Notes: generated by a model from the letters alone, not told the origin. A stretch of 64,000 nt of DNA from Acetatifactor sp. (GCA_045597705.1 JAZLKR010000040.1:7409-71408); one strand, 5' to 3'. Positions 28,770 to 39,143 are shown, counted from the first letter of the stretch. Numbers and translations are program-made.

Positions 28770-29632
28770 AATTCGTAATTGTAACAGGTATGAGCGGTGG
28801 GGGAAAAAGTACCGCAATGAAAATGCTGGAAGACGCAGGCTATTACTGTGTCGATAATATTCCGGTTGCTTTGGTGGGACATCTGATCAAAGCAGTTTCG
28901 GAGCCTACCAGCGAAATCAGCAAGGTCGCGCTTGGCTTTGATGTTCGATCCGGAAAATCCTTTGCGAAGGCAACGGAAGCACTGGAGAAGCTTCGCGACA
29001 GAGGCTATCAATTTGAAATTTTGTTTATGGACGCAGATGACAGCGTCCTGATTAAAAGATACAAGGAAACCAGAAGAGTGCATCCTTTGGCTGCCGACGG
29101 CAGAGTGGAGGATGGCGTAAACATGGAGCGCAAAATTCTGGAGAAAATCCGAAAAGATGCAGATTACATCATCGATACCACTAACCTGCTGACCAGAGAT
29201 CTGAAGAAGGAGCTGGACCGCATTTTTGTGCAGGACCTTGCCTTCAGCAATCTGATGGTCACCGTGATGAGCTTTGGCTTCAAGCACGGCATTCCCGCAG
29301 ATGCGGATCTGGTATTCGATGTTCGTTTTCTGCCCAATCCTTACTATGTGGATGAACTGAAGCCGAAGACAGGCAACGATAAGGAAGTACAGGACTATGT
29401 GATGAACTGTGAGGAGTCCGGGCAATTTCTGGACAAGCTGACTGACATGCTGCAGTTCCTGATTCCGAACTATGTGAAAGAGGGAAAGAAGCGCCTGGTG
29501 GTAGCCATCGGCTGTACCGGCGGCAAGCACCGCAGCGTCACACTGGCGAACAAGCTCTTTGAGAGAATGGAGAATGCCGGAGACTACGGAATGAACCTCT
29601 GCCACAGAGATGTGCAGGACAGAATTAACTGA
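28766..29632 (+). CDS. rapZ: RNase adapter RapZ / YvcJ P-loop protein
   Basis: TGMSGGGKS, DVRS, FDVRFLPNP, GCTGGKHRSV motifs. Confidence 0.95.
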   Translation: MKFVIVTGMSGGGKSTAMKMLEDAGYYCVDNIPVALVGHLIKAVSEPTSEISKVALGFDVRSGKSFAKATEALEKLRDRGYQFEILFMDADDSVLIKRYKETRRVHPLAADGRVEDGVNMERKILEKIRKDADYIIDTTNLLTRDLKKELDRIFVQDLAFSNLMVTVMSFGFKHGIPADADLVFDVRFLPNPYYVDELKPKTGNDKEVQDYVMNCEESGQFLDKLTDMLQFLIPNYVKEGKKRLVVAIGCTGGKHRSVTLANKLFERMENAGDYGMNLCHRDVQDRIN

Positions 29633-29649
29633 TTTAGGAGGGCGACACC

Positions 29650-30516
29650 TTGTCCTTTTCCGGAGAAGTAAAAGAAGAATTGGCCAAACATATCAGCTCC
29701 GCCAGACATTGTCAGATTGCGGAACTGGCCGCAATTATGAGCTTTTGCGGACAGTACGGGCGCGATTCCGAGGGCCATTTTACCATCGGATTCCAGACCG
29801 AAAATGAAGCTGTTGTAAGAAAAGGCTTTACATTATTAAAAAAAGCATATAATATAGAGAACGGAATTGCCATGACTGAGCAGGATATGCTTGGTTTTCT
29901 GCAGAAAAACGGAAACCTGAATGATCCCGTCAGCAATCTGCTGTTAAAAAATGCCTGCTGTAAGAGAGCATTTTTGAGAGGAGCATTCTTAAGCGTAGGC
30001 TCCATGAGCGATCCCGCCAAGGGATATCATCTGGAATTTGACTGCACGGATGAGCGAAAAGCCCGCCAGCTGCAGGAAATCATCAGTGCCTTTGACATTG
30101 AGACCAAGGAAATTCTTCGCAAGAAGTATTATGTTGTGTACATAAAGGAAGGTTCCGGCATTGTAGACCTTTTGAATGTATGCGGCGCACCCATATCCCT
30201 GATGGAGTTTGAAAATCAGCGTATTCTCAAGGAGATGCGCAACTCCGTTAACAGAAGAGTAAATTGCGAAACCGCAAATATTGCAAAGACAGTGAACGCT
30301 GCTTCCAAACAGGTGGAAGACATTCTGCTGCTTCGAGAACATTACGGCTTTGAAAATTTGCCGGACAACCTTCGAGAGATGGCAGAAATCAGACTTGAAA
30401 ATCCGGATGCACCGCTGAAGGAACTGGGGGAATATTTCGATCCGCCCATTGGAAAATCAGGCGTCAATCACAGACTGCGCAAGCTTTGCGAGCTAGCTGA
30501 CAAAATAAGAATGTAG
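29650..30516 (+). CDS. whiA: DNA-binding protein WhiA
   Basis: SFSGEVKEEL, FLRGAFL..GS.SDP.KGYHLE, NRRVNCETAN, GKSGVNHRL motifs, TTG start. Confidence 0.93.
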   Translation: MSFSGEVKEELAKHISSARHCQIAELAAIMSFCGQYGRDSEGHFTIGFQTENEAVVRKGFTLLKKAYNIENGIAMTEQDMLGFLQKNGNLNDPVSNLLLKNACCKRAFLRGAFLSVGSMSDPAKGYHLEFDCTDERKARQLQEIISAFDIETKEILRKKYYVVYIKEGSGIVDLLNVCGAPISLMEFENQRILKEMRNSVNRRVNCETANIAKTVNAASKQVEDILLLREHYGFENLPDNLREMAEIRLENPDAPLKELGEYFDPPIGKSGVNHRLRKLCELADKIRM

Positions 30517-30604
30517 CATGCCGGCGACAGGAGGCCGGAAGGCGGAGCAATCTGCCGGAGGAGTTTTGTTTTTTGCCATTGGGGCAAGAGGAGGAGCAAG
30601 TATT

Positions 30605-30865
30605 ATGATTACCAAGAGCATCACAGTCGCACTGGAAGGCGGTATGGACGTAAGACCCGTAGCACTTCTGGTACAGGAAGCAAGCAAGTATGACAGCACC
30701 ATTCACATTCTTGTAGACAACAAGAAGGTAAACGCAAAGAGCATCATGGGAATGATGAGTCTGGGCGTAAACAACGGAGCACAGATTGATGTTTGTGCGG
30801 ATGGTTCTGACGAGGAAGCAGCAGTTCAGGGAATTGAGAATTTCCTTAGCGGCAAGCAGGCATAA
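30605..30865 (+). CDS. HPr-family protein lacking His15 (Crh-like)
   Basis: NAKSIMG (Ser46 motif) and GSDE present. The His15 motif GLHARP reads GMDVRP. Confidence 0.88.
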   Translation: MITKSITVALEGGMDVRPVALLVQEASKYDSTIHILVDNKKVNAKSIMGMMSLGVNNGAQIDVCADGSDEEAAVQGIENFLSGKQA

Positions 30866-30881
30866 TCTCATTAGACGACAG

Positions 30882-30914
30882 AGAGGGCAGAATCGACAGA
30901 TTCTGCTCTTTTTA
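30882..30914 (+). terminator. Rho-independent terminator
   Basis: AGAGGGCAGAATC-gaca-GATTCTGCTCTTTTT. Confidence 0.75.
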
Positions 30915-30940
30915 TTTCATATGATTTTGGGGGATTCATT

Positions 30941-31831
30941 ATGAAAGAAAAGCTACTTTTTGTGTACAATCCGAAAGCCGGTAAGGCACAGATTAAAAAT
31001 AAACTGGCAGACATTCTGGATGTTTTTGCGGCGGCAGACTACGAGATTACCATCTGTCCCACCAGGCAAAAGGGCGATGCCACAGAACTGATTGCAAACC
31101 GCAGCGAGGATTACTCGCTTGTAGTGTGCAGCGGCGGCGACGGAACCCTGGACGAAGCGGTTACCGGAATGATTCAGAGCGGCAGGCGCACGCCCATCGG
31201 TTATATTCCCGCGGGTAGCACCAACGACTTTGCAGGCTCCTTAAATCTGCCGAAGGGTATGGTAGAGGCAGCGAAAGCCATTGTTGAAGGGGAGAATTTC
31301 CGCTGTGATATCGGAAATTTCAATGACGAAGTGTTCGTTTACATTGCAGCCTTCGGGCTATTCACGGATGTTTCCTACGAAACACCTCAGGACATGAAAA
31401 ACATGCTGGGTCACATGGCCTACCTGCTGGAGGGTATGAAGAGACTGCCTTCTATCAAATCCTACCACCTGAAGGCGACCTTCCGCGGCAATACCATCGA
31501 GGATGATTTTGTGTTCGGCATGATTACCAACTCGGTTTCCGTAGGAGGCTTTAAGAACATCACGGGCAAGTATGTTACTCTGGATGACGGCGTGTTTGAG
31601 GTAACATTGATTAAAACGCCCGCAAACCCGGTGGAGTTGAATGATATCATGTTTTCCTTAATCAGCGGCAACATGAACAGTCAGTATATGTACTGCTTCC
31701 GGACGGAGGAAATCACATTGGAATCGGCAGAACCCATTTCCTGGACACTGGACGGCGAAAATGGCGGAAATCATGACAAAGTTCACATCAAGAATGTGTG
31801 CAAGGGGATTGATATTCGTGTGAAATCGTGA
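30941..31831 (+). CDS. YegS/DagK family lipid kinase
   Basis: NPKAG, GGDGT, PAGSTNDFA, LDDG, DGE motifs. Confidence 0.9.
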   Translation: MKEKLLFVYNPKAGKAQIKNKLADILDVFAAADYEITICPTRQKGDATELIANRSEDYSLVVCSGGDGTLDEAVTGMIQSGRRTPIGYIPAGSTNDFAGSLNLPKGMVEAAKAIVEGENFRCDIGNFNDEVFVYIAAFGLFTDVSYETPQDMKNMLGHMAYLLEGMKRLPSIKSYHLKATFRGNTIEDDFVFGMITNSVSVGGFKNITGKYVTLDDGVFEVTLIKTPANPVELNDIMFSLISGNMNSQYMYCFRTEEITLESAEPISWTLDGENGGNHDKVHIKNVCKGIDIRVKS

Positions 31832-31902
31832 TATATTTAACAAAGAAAATTGTGTCTCCGCAAGCCGGTGACAGAAAATAAAATTAAATGGAGGACATTA
31901 AA

Positions 31903-32766
31903 ATGTTAGTTTCCGCAACAGACATGCTTAAAAAAGCAAAAGCTGGTCACTATGCAGTAGGTCAGTTCAACATCAACAACCTTGAGTGGACAAAGGCTAT
32001 CCTTCTCACCGCTAAAGAGCTGAGAAGCCCCGTTATCCTTGGTGTATCTGAGGGTGCAGGTAAGTACATGGGTGGTTATGACACCGTAGTTGGTATGGTA
32101 AACGGCCTTCTTAAGGGTCTTGATATCGATGTTCCCGTAGCTCTTCATCTTGACCATGGCTCATACGAAGGATGCTACAAGTGCATCGAGGCTGGTTTCT
32201 CTTCCATCATGTTCGATGGTTCTCACTACGCTATCGAAGAGAACATCGCTAAGACCACTGAGCTGGTTAAGGCTGCTCATGGCAAGGGACTTTCTATCGA
32301 AGCTGAAGTTGGTTCAATCGGCGGCGAAGAAGACGGCGTTGTAGGTATGGGTGAGTGTGCAGATCCCAAGGAATGTAAGATGATCGCTGATCTCGGCGTA
32401 GACTTCCTTGCTGCAGGTACCGGTAACATCCATGGTAAGTATCCTGCAAACTGGGCAGGTCTTTCATTCGAGACTCTTGACGCTGTACAGAAAGAGACCG
32501 GAATCCTTCCTCTCGTTCTTCACGGCGGTACAGGTATCCCTGCTGACATGATCAAGAAGGCAATCGACCTTGGCGTTTCTAAGATCAACGTTAACACCGA
32601 GTGCCAGCTTGCATTCCAGGAAGCTACCCGTAAGTACATCGAAGAGGGTAAGGACCTTCAGGGTAAGGGCTTCGATCCTCGTAAGCTTCTTGCTCCCGGC
32701 TTTGAGGCTATCAAGGCAACCGTTAAGGAGAAGATGGAGCTGTTCGGATCTGTTGGACGTGCTTAA
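31903..32766 (+). CDS. fba: Class II fructose-1,6-bisphosphate aldolase
   Basis: LHLDHG, MFDGS, EAEVG, GNIHG, VLHGGTG, KINVNT motifs and strongly biased codons. Confidence 0.96.
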   Translation: MLVSATDMLKKAKAGHYAVGQFNINNLEWTKAILLTAKELRSPVILGVSEGAGKYMGGYDTVVGMVNGLLKGLDIDVPVALHLDHGSYEGCYKCIEAGFSSIMFDGSHYAIEENIAKTTELVKAAHGKGLSIEAEVGSIGGEEDGVVGMGECADPKECKMIADLGVDFLAAGTGNIHGKYPANWAGLSFETLDAVQKETGILPLVLHGGTGIPADMIKKAIDLGVSKINVNTECQLAFQEATRKYIEEGKDLQGKGFDPRKLLAPGFEAIKATVKEKMELFGSVGRA

Positions 32767-32792
32767 TCCTTTCGATTATATTGCAAATCAGA

Positions 32793-32825
32793 CACCGCAG
32801 AGGTTTTCCTCTGCGGTGCTTTTTG
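32793..32825 (+). terminator. Rho-independent terminator after fba
   Basis: CACCGCAGAGG-tttt-CCTCTGCGGTG followed by a T-tract. Confidence 0.85.
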
Positions 32826-32930
32826 TTGTGCTGCAGACCGTTACTATCCCGAAAATGCTTTACTTTACTTAACTTTTATAATAACATTTGAGATGGTTTC
32901 GTTTATTTTTATATCAATGGGGGGAAAACA

Positions 32931-35900
32931 ATGAGAAAGTTTGGTTTCAGATTCATCCTGATGATTCTTTGCTGCATGCTGCTTGGAGGATTGAACAGCA
33001 GCATTGTGCAGGCAGAGGAAGAAGAAAAAGCGCAGGTTTGGCGAGGTGATTTCGACCAGAATTTTGCAGATTATATCTGGGAGAAGTATGGTTTTAAGAG
33101 TGATGCAATCGGGCCAAATCAGATTGCACAGATTACGGAGCTTTCTCCTCGCGGAATGTATTTATACAGTCTGGAGGGCATTGAGTATCTGACCAATCTG
33201 AAGCAGTTGGATGTTCGCGAGAATGATCTGACAGAAGTAGATTTAAGCAAAAACATAAACCTGACCAGTTTGAAGATTTCCAACAATATGCTCACTTCCC
33301 TGGATGTGAGTAATTGTAAAAAACTGAAAACATTATGGTGTAAATATAATTTTATTGAAGAACTGGACCTTTCAGCGAATACTGCGCTGACAAGTTTACA
33401 GGCGGATTACAATTGTCTTGGATGCTTAGATTTGTCAGCCAACACTGCACTGACAGAGATTTCCTGCGAGTCAAATATTCATGTCATTTCCATGAAAAAG
33501 AATGACGATGGAGATTATACCTGCGATCTGTCTAAACTGACCGGTTTTAAGGCATCCAAAGCTTCCAAAGTAAGCGGTGGAACCTTGGATGGGACAATTC
33601 TGACTGTTGCTCCCGGAACCAAGGAAGTTACCTATACTTACAAAATGAGTACCGGAAACAGCCAGCAATTTACTCTGCAGTGCTTTATGCCCGTGAAGAT
33701 TAACAGCACAAATTTCCCGGATGAGAGATTACGCAATTATATAACGGAGAAATATGATATTGATCCTGCGAATGGAACGCTGAGCTATTCGGAGGTTTCA
33801 AAAGCACGGGAGATTAATTTATATGGCATTTATGTGAGTGATTTGACAGGAGTAGAATATTTCTTCAACATTGATTATTTATATAGTTCCGGCTTGCTTT
33901 CAAAACCGTACGATATAAGTAATAACAGAAAACTGACAGATGTGACCTTGCTGTACAGCGGTTTGTCTCAATTGGATGTTTCATCGCTGTATGCCCTTCG
34001 TGAATTGGACTGTTTTGGTAATCATTTGAAGAAGATAGATCTGTCTAAAAATCGTATGCTGGAAATCCTTGATTTGGGAGGAAATAATTTTACATCCTTT
34101 GACTTCAGCCACAATACGCATCTGTATGAGCTCTCTGTAGGATACAATGCAATAACATCCATTGACCTTTCCGCCAATTTAGATTTAGCGGAGCTGGATA
34201 TTTCTGAAAACAATATAACCGGCCTGGATGTGTCGCATTTGACAAAACTGAATTCTTTGTTTGCTTCAAGCTGCGGATTAACAGAGCTTGATGTAAGCAA
34301 AAATACAGAATTGGATTACCTTAAGGTCAGGGAAAATCAGTTAACGAAATTGAATGTAAGTAATAATAAATATCTACATTTTCTTGATTTTGAATATAAT
34401 CAGATTTCCTCTATTGATCTCAGCAAGAATGCAAGACTGCGCTATTTGTATTGCGATAATAACAAACTGAAACAGCTTGATATCTCGAAACTCACAAGCC
34501 TTTGGTCTTTATCGTGTAATAATAATCAGTTGTCGGTGCTGAATCTGGATAGCTGCGATGCCACATTGGGGGAATTGTCTTGCAATGATAATAAGCTGAC
34601 ATCATTGCAATTAAATCATCCTTTATTAGAGAGTTTGGATTGTTCAGGTAATGATCTGAGTGCTTTGGATATTACAAAAGAACCGGAATTGATGGAACTT
34701 TACTGTTCAGACAATCAGATTAGTAAATTAAATCTGGCGAAATGTCCGGAACTTGAGGAACTGGATTGCTCACAGAATCAGTTGAAGACATTAAATGCGG
34801 CTCAGAATCAGAAATTGCGTAAAATAAATGCAGCGGATAATGAATTGACTGCAATCAGTGTGGCTGAGAATGGAAAGCTGCGAGAACTTGATTTGGGAAG
34901 AAATCATTTCACTTATGTCGATTCTGCTATGTATCCGACAGTGACCGATTTGAAGGTTGATTCCCAGACTTATGAAATTGCCATGAAGAGAAATGCGGCG
35001 GGTAATTTTGTATATAATCTGAATGGACTGCCCGGCGGGTTTAATCTTTCCAAGGTAACGAGCTGGACCATGAGGGATGCCGCGCGCTCTGATTCTGTGG
35101 TAACACTTCTTCCGGGAAGCGACACAATTGCGTATACTTATAAAGTAACCAAAAATTGCAGCAGTACAGTTACTTTGAAATTTACAGCCCCTGAGTTGAA
35201 GGTGCTGACAAATCCGACAGATGTGACAGTCAACCAGGGAGAAAAGGCAACCTTTACCGTAAAGGGTCAGGGTTCCGTGCTCTCTTATCAGTGGCAGTAC
35301 TGGAATGCTGAGAAGAGTGCATGGATAAATTCCACTGCTGCTTCTGCAGTCAAGGCAACCTTCTACTTTACGGCGAGTGATTATTTAAAGCTGAACGGCA
35401 GAAAATATCGCTGCGCTATCACGGATTCCGACGGGCAGAAGGTTTACAGTGATTCCGCAGTATTGACAGTGGTTCCCACACCGATTGTAATTAGCAAGCA
35501 GCCGGAGAGTGTCAGCGTGCATATGGGAGACACAGTAAAATTCTCCGTGGAAGCAACCGGCCGCGGCCTGACCTACCAGTGGCAGTATAAGAACGCCGGC
35601 GCCGATTCCTGGGCGAACTCCGGTATTGCATCTGCAAAGACAGCCAACATGACCTTTGCTGTCGGAAAAGACATCAAACTGGACGGACGCAAATACCGCT
35701 GTGTCATTACGGATACCAATGGCCAGACCGTGAACAGCAAATCCGCGACACTGACAATGGTTCTCCCCGAATTTTTAATCAGCAGCCAGCCTGTGAATGC
35801 CGCAGGCAAAGTGGGCGAGCGGGTTACCTTCTCTGTGGAAGCGAAGGGCGATGGACTGACATACCAGTGGCAGTACAGAAATGTCAATGCGACCGATTGG

Positions 35901-36344
35901 AGCAATTCCGGCATTGCAGTTGCCAAGACAGCCAATTTCAGTTTTGTAATCGGTACGGACTCCAAATTGAACGGTCGTCAGTACCGTTGTGTGATTACCG
36001 ATAAGTACGGTCAGAGCCTGACTTCAAGCGAGGCAACCCTGACAGTGAAACCCGATGGCCCCGTGATTACCTCACAGCCTATGAGCGTTACCGCGAAGGT
36101 GGGAGAACGCGTCACCTTCAGCATTGGCGCAGAGGGCGATGGTCTGACCTATCAATGGCAGTATAAGAATGCCAATGCGGCCACCTGGAGCAATTCCGGT
36201 ATTGCGGCGGCAAAAACCGCAAACATGAGCTTTGTGGTTGGCAGCGATAAGAGTTTACACGGTCGTCAGTACAGATGTATTGTGACAGATGCAGACGGAA
36301 AAACAGTTACCGGCAATGCGGTGACCTTGACGATTGAACAGTAA
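32931..36344 (+). CDS. Secreted leucine-rich-repeat protein with four C-terminal Ig-like domains
   Basis: Signal peptide, many 21-22 aa LxxLxCxxNxLxxLDxS repeats, four repeats of P...GxxVTF.V.A.G..LTYQWQY...GR.YRC.ITD..G. Confidence 0.88.
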   Translation: MRKFGFRFILMILCCMLLGGLNSSIVQAEEEEKAQVWRGDFDQNFADYIWEKYGFKSDAIGPNQIAQITELSPRGMYLYSLEGIEYLTNLKQLDVRENDLTEVDLSKNINLTSLKISNNMLTSLDVSNCKKLKTLWCKYNFIEELDLSANTALTSLQADYNCLGCLDLSANTALTEISCESNIHVISMKKNDDGDYTCDLSKLTGFKASKASKVSGGTLDGTILTVAPGTKEVTYTYKMSTGNSQQFTLQCFMPVKINSTNFPDERLRNYITEKYDIDPANGTLSYSEVSKAREINLYGIYVSDLTGVEYFFNIDYLYSSGLLSKPYDISNNRKLTDVTLLYSGLSQLDVSSLYALRELDCFGNHLKKIDLSKNRMLEILDLGGNNFTSFDFSHNTHLYELSVGYNAITSIDLSANLDLAELDISENNITGLDVSHLTKLNSLFASSCGLTELDVSKNTELDYLKVRENQLTKLNVSNNKYLHFLDFEYNQISSIDLSKNARLRYLYCDNNKLKQLDISKLTSLWSLSCNNNQLSVLNLDSCDATLGELSCNDNKLTSLQLNHPLLESLDCSGNDLSALDITKEPELMELYCSDNQISKLNLAKCPELEELDCSQNQLKTLNAAQNQKLRKINAADNELTAISVAENGKLRELDLGRNHFTYVDSAMYPTVTDLKVDSQTYEIAMKRNAAGNFVYNLNGLPGGFNLSKVTSWTMRDAARSDSVVTLLPGSDTIAYTYKVTKNCSSTVTLKFTAPELKVLTNPTDVTVNQGEKATFTVKGQGSVLSYQWQYWNAEKSAWINSTAASAVKATFYFTASDYLKLNGRKYRCAITDSDGQKVYSDSAVLTVVPTPIVISKQPESVSVHMGDTVKFSVEATGRGLTYQWQYKNAGADSWANSGIASAKTANMTFAVGKDIKLDGRKYRCVITDTNGQTVNSKSATLTMVLPEFLISSQPVNAAGKVGERVTFSVEAKGDGLTYQWQYRNVNATDWSNSGIAVAKTANFSFVIGTDSKLNGRQYRCVITDKYGQSLTSSEATLTVKPDGPVITSQPMSVTAKVGERVTFSIGAEGDGLTYQWQYKNANAATWSNSGIAAAKTANMSFVVGSDKSLHGRQYRCIVTDADGKTVTGNAVTLTIEQ

Positions 36345-36369
36345 ATTTGAGAAAGGCGAGGTACCTTCC

Positions 36370-38733
36370 ATGAGTAAATTGTGGTATCAGCAGCCGGCTA
36401 AGATCTGGGAGGAAGCACTCCCTATCGGAAACGGCAGATTAGGCGCTATGGTATTCGGAGGAATTCAGGGCGACCATTTGCAGGTGAATGAAGATACAAT
36501 GTGGTACGGACGAAAGATGAACCGTCTGAACCCGGACTTCAAGGCAAATCTTCCCGTAATTCGCAAGCTGTTGGATGAAGGTAAGATTCCGGAGGCAGAG
36601 CATCTGATGGACAAGGCGATGTCAGGATGTCCCGAGGGAATGAGACCCTATCAGACACTGGGAGATATTAACTTCTGGTTTGGCGGCTTCGACCCCGCAG
36701 CAGTGACAGAGTATAAGAGAGAACTGGATCTGGAGAGAGCGGTTACTACCGTGCAGTTTAAGGTGGACGACACTCTTTACACCAGAGAGATTTTTGCATC
36801 CAATCCTGCTGACTGTCTGGTGATGCGATTCACCGCAGAAGGTCCCGGCACTGTGAACTTCTCCATCAGATTGCGCCGCGATGCATTCTTCGACGGTGTG
36901 AGTCAGTTTGGCAGAGACAGAATCGATCTGTTCGGAAATCTGGGCCGCGGCGGCAGTGAGTTCAGAATGGGTATTTGCGGCAAGGCAATCGGTCAGGGCC
37001 GTGTTTACAATATCGGTGAATGTCTGGAGGCAGAGGATGCCAAGGAGGTTCTGCTGTTCTTTACCGCAGACACTACCTGCCATTATTCCGATGAGGAGCT
37101 GGACCAGTGGATTTCCAGAGGCGGAAGTCTTTGTGAGCACGGTTCCTACCGTGAGCGCGAGGAGGCAACTCAGGGTGCTTTGCAGGAAATGCTTTCCGGA
37201 AAGATTTATGATCGCTTCCTGGCAATTCGGGAGAAGACCTACGAGCAGCTGTTAGAGGAACATGTGGCAGATTACACCTCACTGTTTGATAAATTTGTAT
37301 TTAACTTAGAGGGCATTGAGAAATATGACGCCATCGCTACCGATGTGAGACTTTCCAAGGCAGCGGAGGGCGAGACAGATCCCGGCCTTTCCAAGATGCT
37401 TTTTGATTTTGGCAGATACCTGACTGTTTCCTGCAGCAGAAAGGGTAATCAGCCCGCTAACCTGCAGGGAATCTGGGCAAAGGAGATGGTTCCCCCCTGG
37501 GGCGGCAAGTATACCATCAACATCAATGCGGAGATGAACTACTGGCATGTGGAGAGCTGCGGCCTGTCCGAGTGTCATGAGCCCTTGTTCACGCTGATTA
37601 AGAAGATGCAGGTGAACGGCAGACGCGCTGCCAGAGTGATGTACGGCTGCAGAGGTTTTGTGGCCCATCACAATACTGATATTAACGGTGACTGCGCACC
37701 GCAGGACATCTGGTATCCCGGCACCTACTGGACCATGGGTGCGGCGTGGATGTGCACACATCTTTGGATGCATTACCAGTACACCAAGGATATTGCATTC
37801 CTGAAGGAGGCTTTCCCCATCATGGCGGAGAGTGCCCTGTTCTTCGTAGATTTCCTGATTGAGAGAAAGGGTTACCTGGTGACCAGTCCCTCTGTTTCAC
37901 CTGAAAATACCTACAGATTGCCCAATGGTTCCCAGGGCTCCTGCTGTATCGGACCTACCATGGACAACCAGATTCTGCGTCATCTCTTCGGCGGCTGTCT
38001 GGATGCCTGGAAGGAGTTTGGCGAGAAGGCACCGGAGGACTGCGATATCCCCGGTGTAGAAGATATCAGTGAGCTGATTTCACAGATTGAAGATTGCAGA
38101 AAGCGTCTGGTTCCCACACAGATTGGTTCCGATGGCCGTATTATGGAATGGCCCGAGGAGTACGAGGAGGTGGAACCCGGACATCGTCATATTTCCCACT
38201 TGTACGGATTGTATCCCAGCGGAGAGATTACTGTGGACGGCACTCCCGAATTGGCAGCAGCTGCCAGAAAGACGCTGGAGTACAGACTGTCTCACGGCGG
38301 CGGTCATACCGGCTGGAGCCGTGCATGGATTATGAATCACTACGCAAGTCTTTGGGACGGCGAAACCGCATATCAGAATATTGAGGCAATGCTGGGCAAG
38401 TCTACCTACCCCAATATGTTCGACAAGCATCCGCCCTTCCAGATTGACGGAAACTTTGGTGCCTGCGCAGCCATGATCGGTATGCTGGCACAGAGCAACC
38501 GGGACAGAGTCATCCTGATGCCCGCACTTCCCAAGGCCTGGAGCAACGGTTCCGTAAAGGGACTGCGCCTGGTAGGCAATGCTTCTCTGGACATGGAGTG
38601 GGTGAACGGTCGTGTTTCTAAGGCCTCCCTTACCGCGGACAGCGATTATGACACTGTTGTCATTTATGGAGACAAGAAGCTTCCCGTTTCCCTGAAGGCA
38701 GGCACCACAATTAATCTGAAGATTATTCTTTAG
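36370..38733 (+). CDS. GH95 alpha-L-fucosidase-like glycoside hydrolase
   Basis: ALPIGNGRLGAM, NLQGIW, YTININAEMNYW, SPEN, HRHISHL, GHTGWS, PFQIDGNFG motifs and no signal peptide. Confidence 0.93.
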   Translation: MSKLWYQQPAKIWEEALPIGNGRLGAMVFGGIQGDHLQVNEDTMWYGRKMNRLNPDFKANLPVIRKLLDEGKIPEAEHLMDKAMSGCPEGMRPYQTLGDINFWFGGFDPAAVTEYKRELDLERAVTTVQFKVDDTLYTREIFASNPADCLVMRFTAEGPGTVNFSIRLRRDAFFDGVSQFGRDRIDLFGNLGRGGSEFRMGICGKAIGQGRVYNIGECLEAEDAKEVLLFFTADTTCHYSDEELDQWISRGGSLCEHGSYREREEATQGALQEMLSGKIYDRFLAIREKTYEQLLEEHVADYTSLFDKFVFNLEGIEKYDAIATDVRLSKAAEGETDPGLSKMLFDFGRYLTVSCSRKGNQPANLQGIWAKEMVPPWGGKYTININAEMNYWHVESCGLSECHEPLFTLIKKMQVNGRRAARVMYGCRGFVAHHNTDINGDCAPQDIWYPGTYWTMGAAWMCTHLWMHYQYTKDIAFLKEAFPIMAESALFFVDFLIERKGYLVTSPSVSPENTYRLPNGSQGSCCIGPTMDNQILRHLFGGCLDAWKEFGEKAPEDCDIPGVEDISELISQIEDCRKRLVPTQIGSDGRIMEWPEEYEEVEPGHRHISHLYGLYPSGEITVDGTPELAAAARKTLEYRLSHGGGHTGWSRAWIMNHYASLWDGETAYQNIEAMLGKSTYPNMFDKHPPFQIDGNFGACAAMIGMLAQSNRDRVILMPALPKAWSNGSVKGLRLVGNASLDMEWVNGRVSKASLTADSDYDTVVIYGDKKLPVSLKAGTTINLKIIL

Positions 38734-38852
38734 TGGACTTCTTTGAACGATAAGTACCTGCTTCGTGTATGATCCTCACTGTATTTTTCGCGTGGAAAGC
38801 GATATGATACCTTCATAGCAATTGATTCTTGCTTTTGAAAGGTGGGATTGAA

Positions 38853-39017
38853 ATGAGTAAGAATAAGAATGTTGGAACAGCAGCAAAATCCGGTATTTCC
38901 TTTGGATGTGCATTGGCGATGGTAGTCAGCTATGTGAACTGGCACTCCATCGGATGGGCAATTTTCCATGGACTGATGAGCTGGGGATACATTATTTATT
39001 ATGTAATTAAGTATTAA
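38853..39017 (+). CDS. Small 2-TM hypothetical protein (54 aa)
   Basis: ATG after gaaaggtggg, sequence GISFGCALAMVVSY..WHSIGWAIFHGLMSW.YIIYY, followed by a terminator. Confidence 0.7.
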   Translation: MSKNKNVGTAAKSGISFGCALAMVVSYVNWHSIGWAIFHGLMSWGYIIYYVIKY

Positions 39018-39047
39018 GCACAGAAAAAGATGTTGCATCGGCACACA

Positions 39048-39094
39048 AAAAAACACAAGGCAGGAACCCGGGGAAGGTTTCTGCCTTGTGTTTT
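39048..39094. terminator. Bidirectional terminator
   Basis: AAACACAAGGCAGGAACC...GGTTTCTGCCTTGTGTTT. Confidence 0.7.
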
Positions 39095-39143
39095 GGGGGA
39101 TGAATATAGCAAAATGTGTTGAATAAGCAAAAATAACGGTACG

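Noticed and set aside
35200-36340. ~285-bp DNA repeats considered as a diversity-generating or shufflon cassette
   Set aside because: They are in-frame Ig-domain repeats. No reverse transcriptase or invertase is present and I saw no adenine-specific variation.
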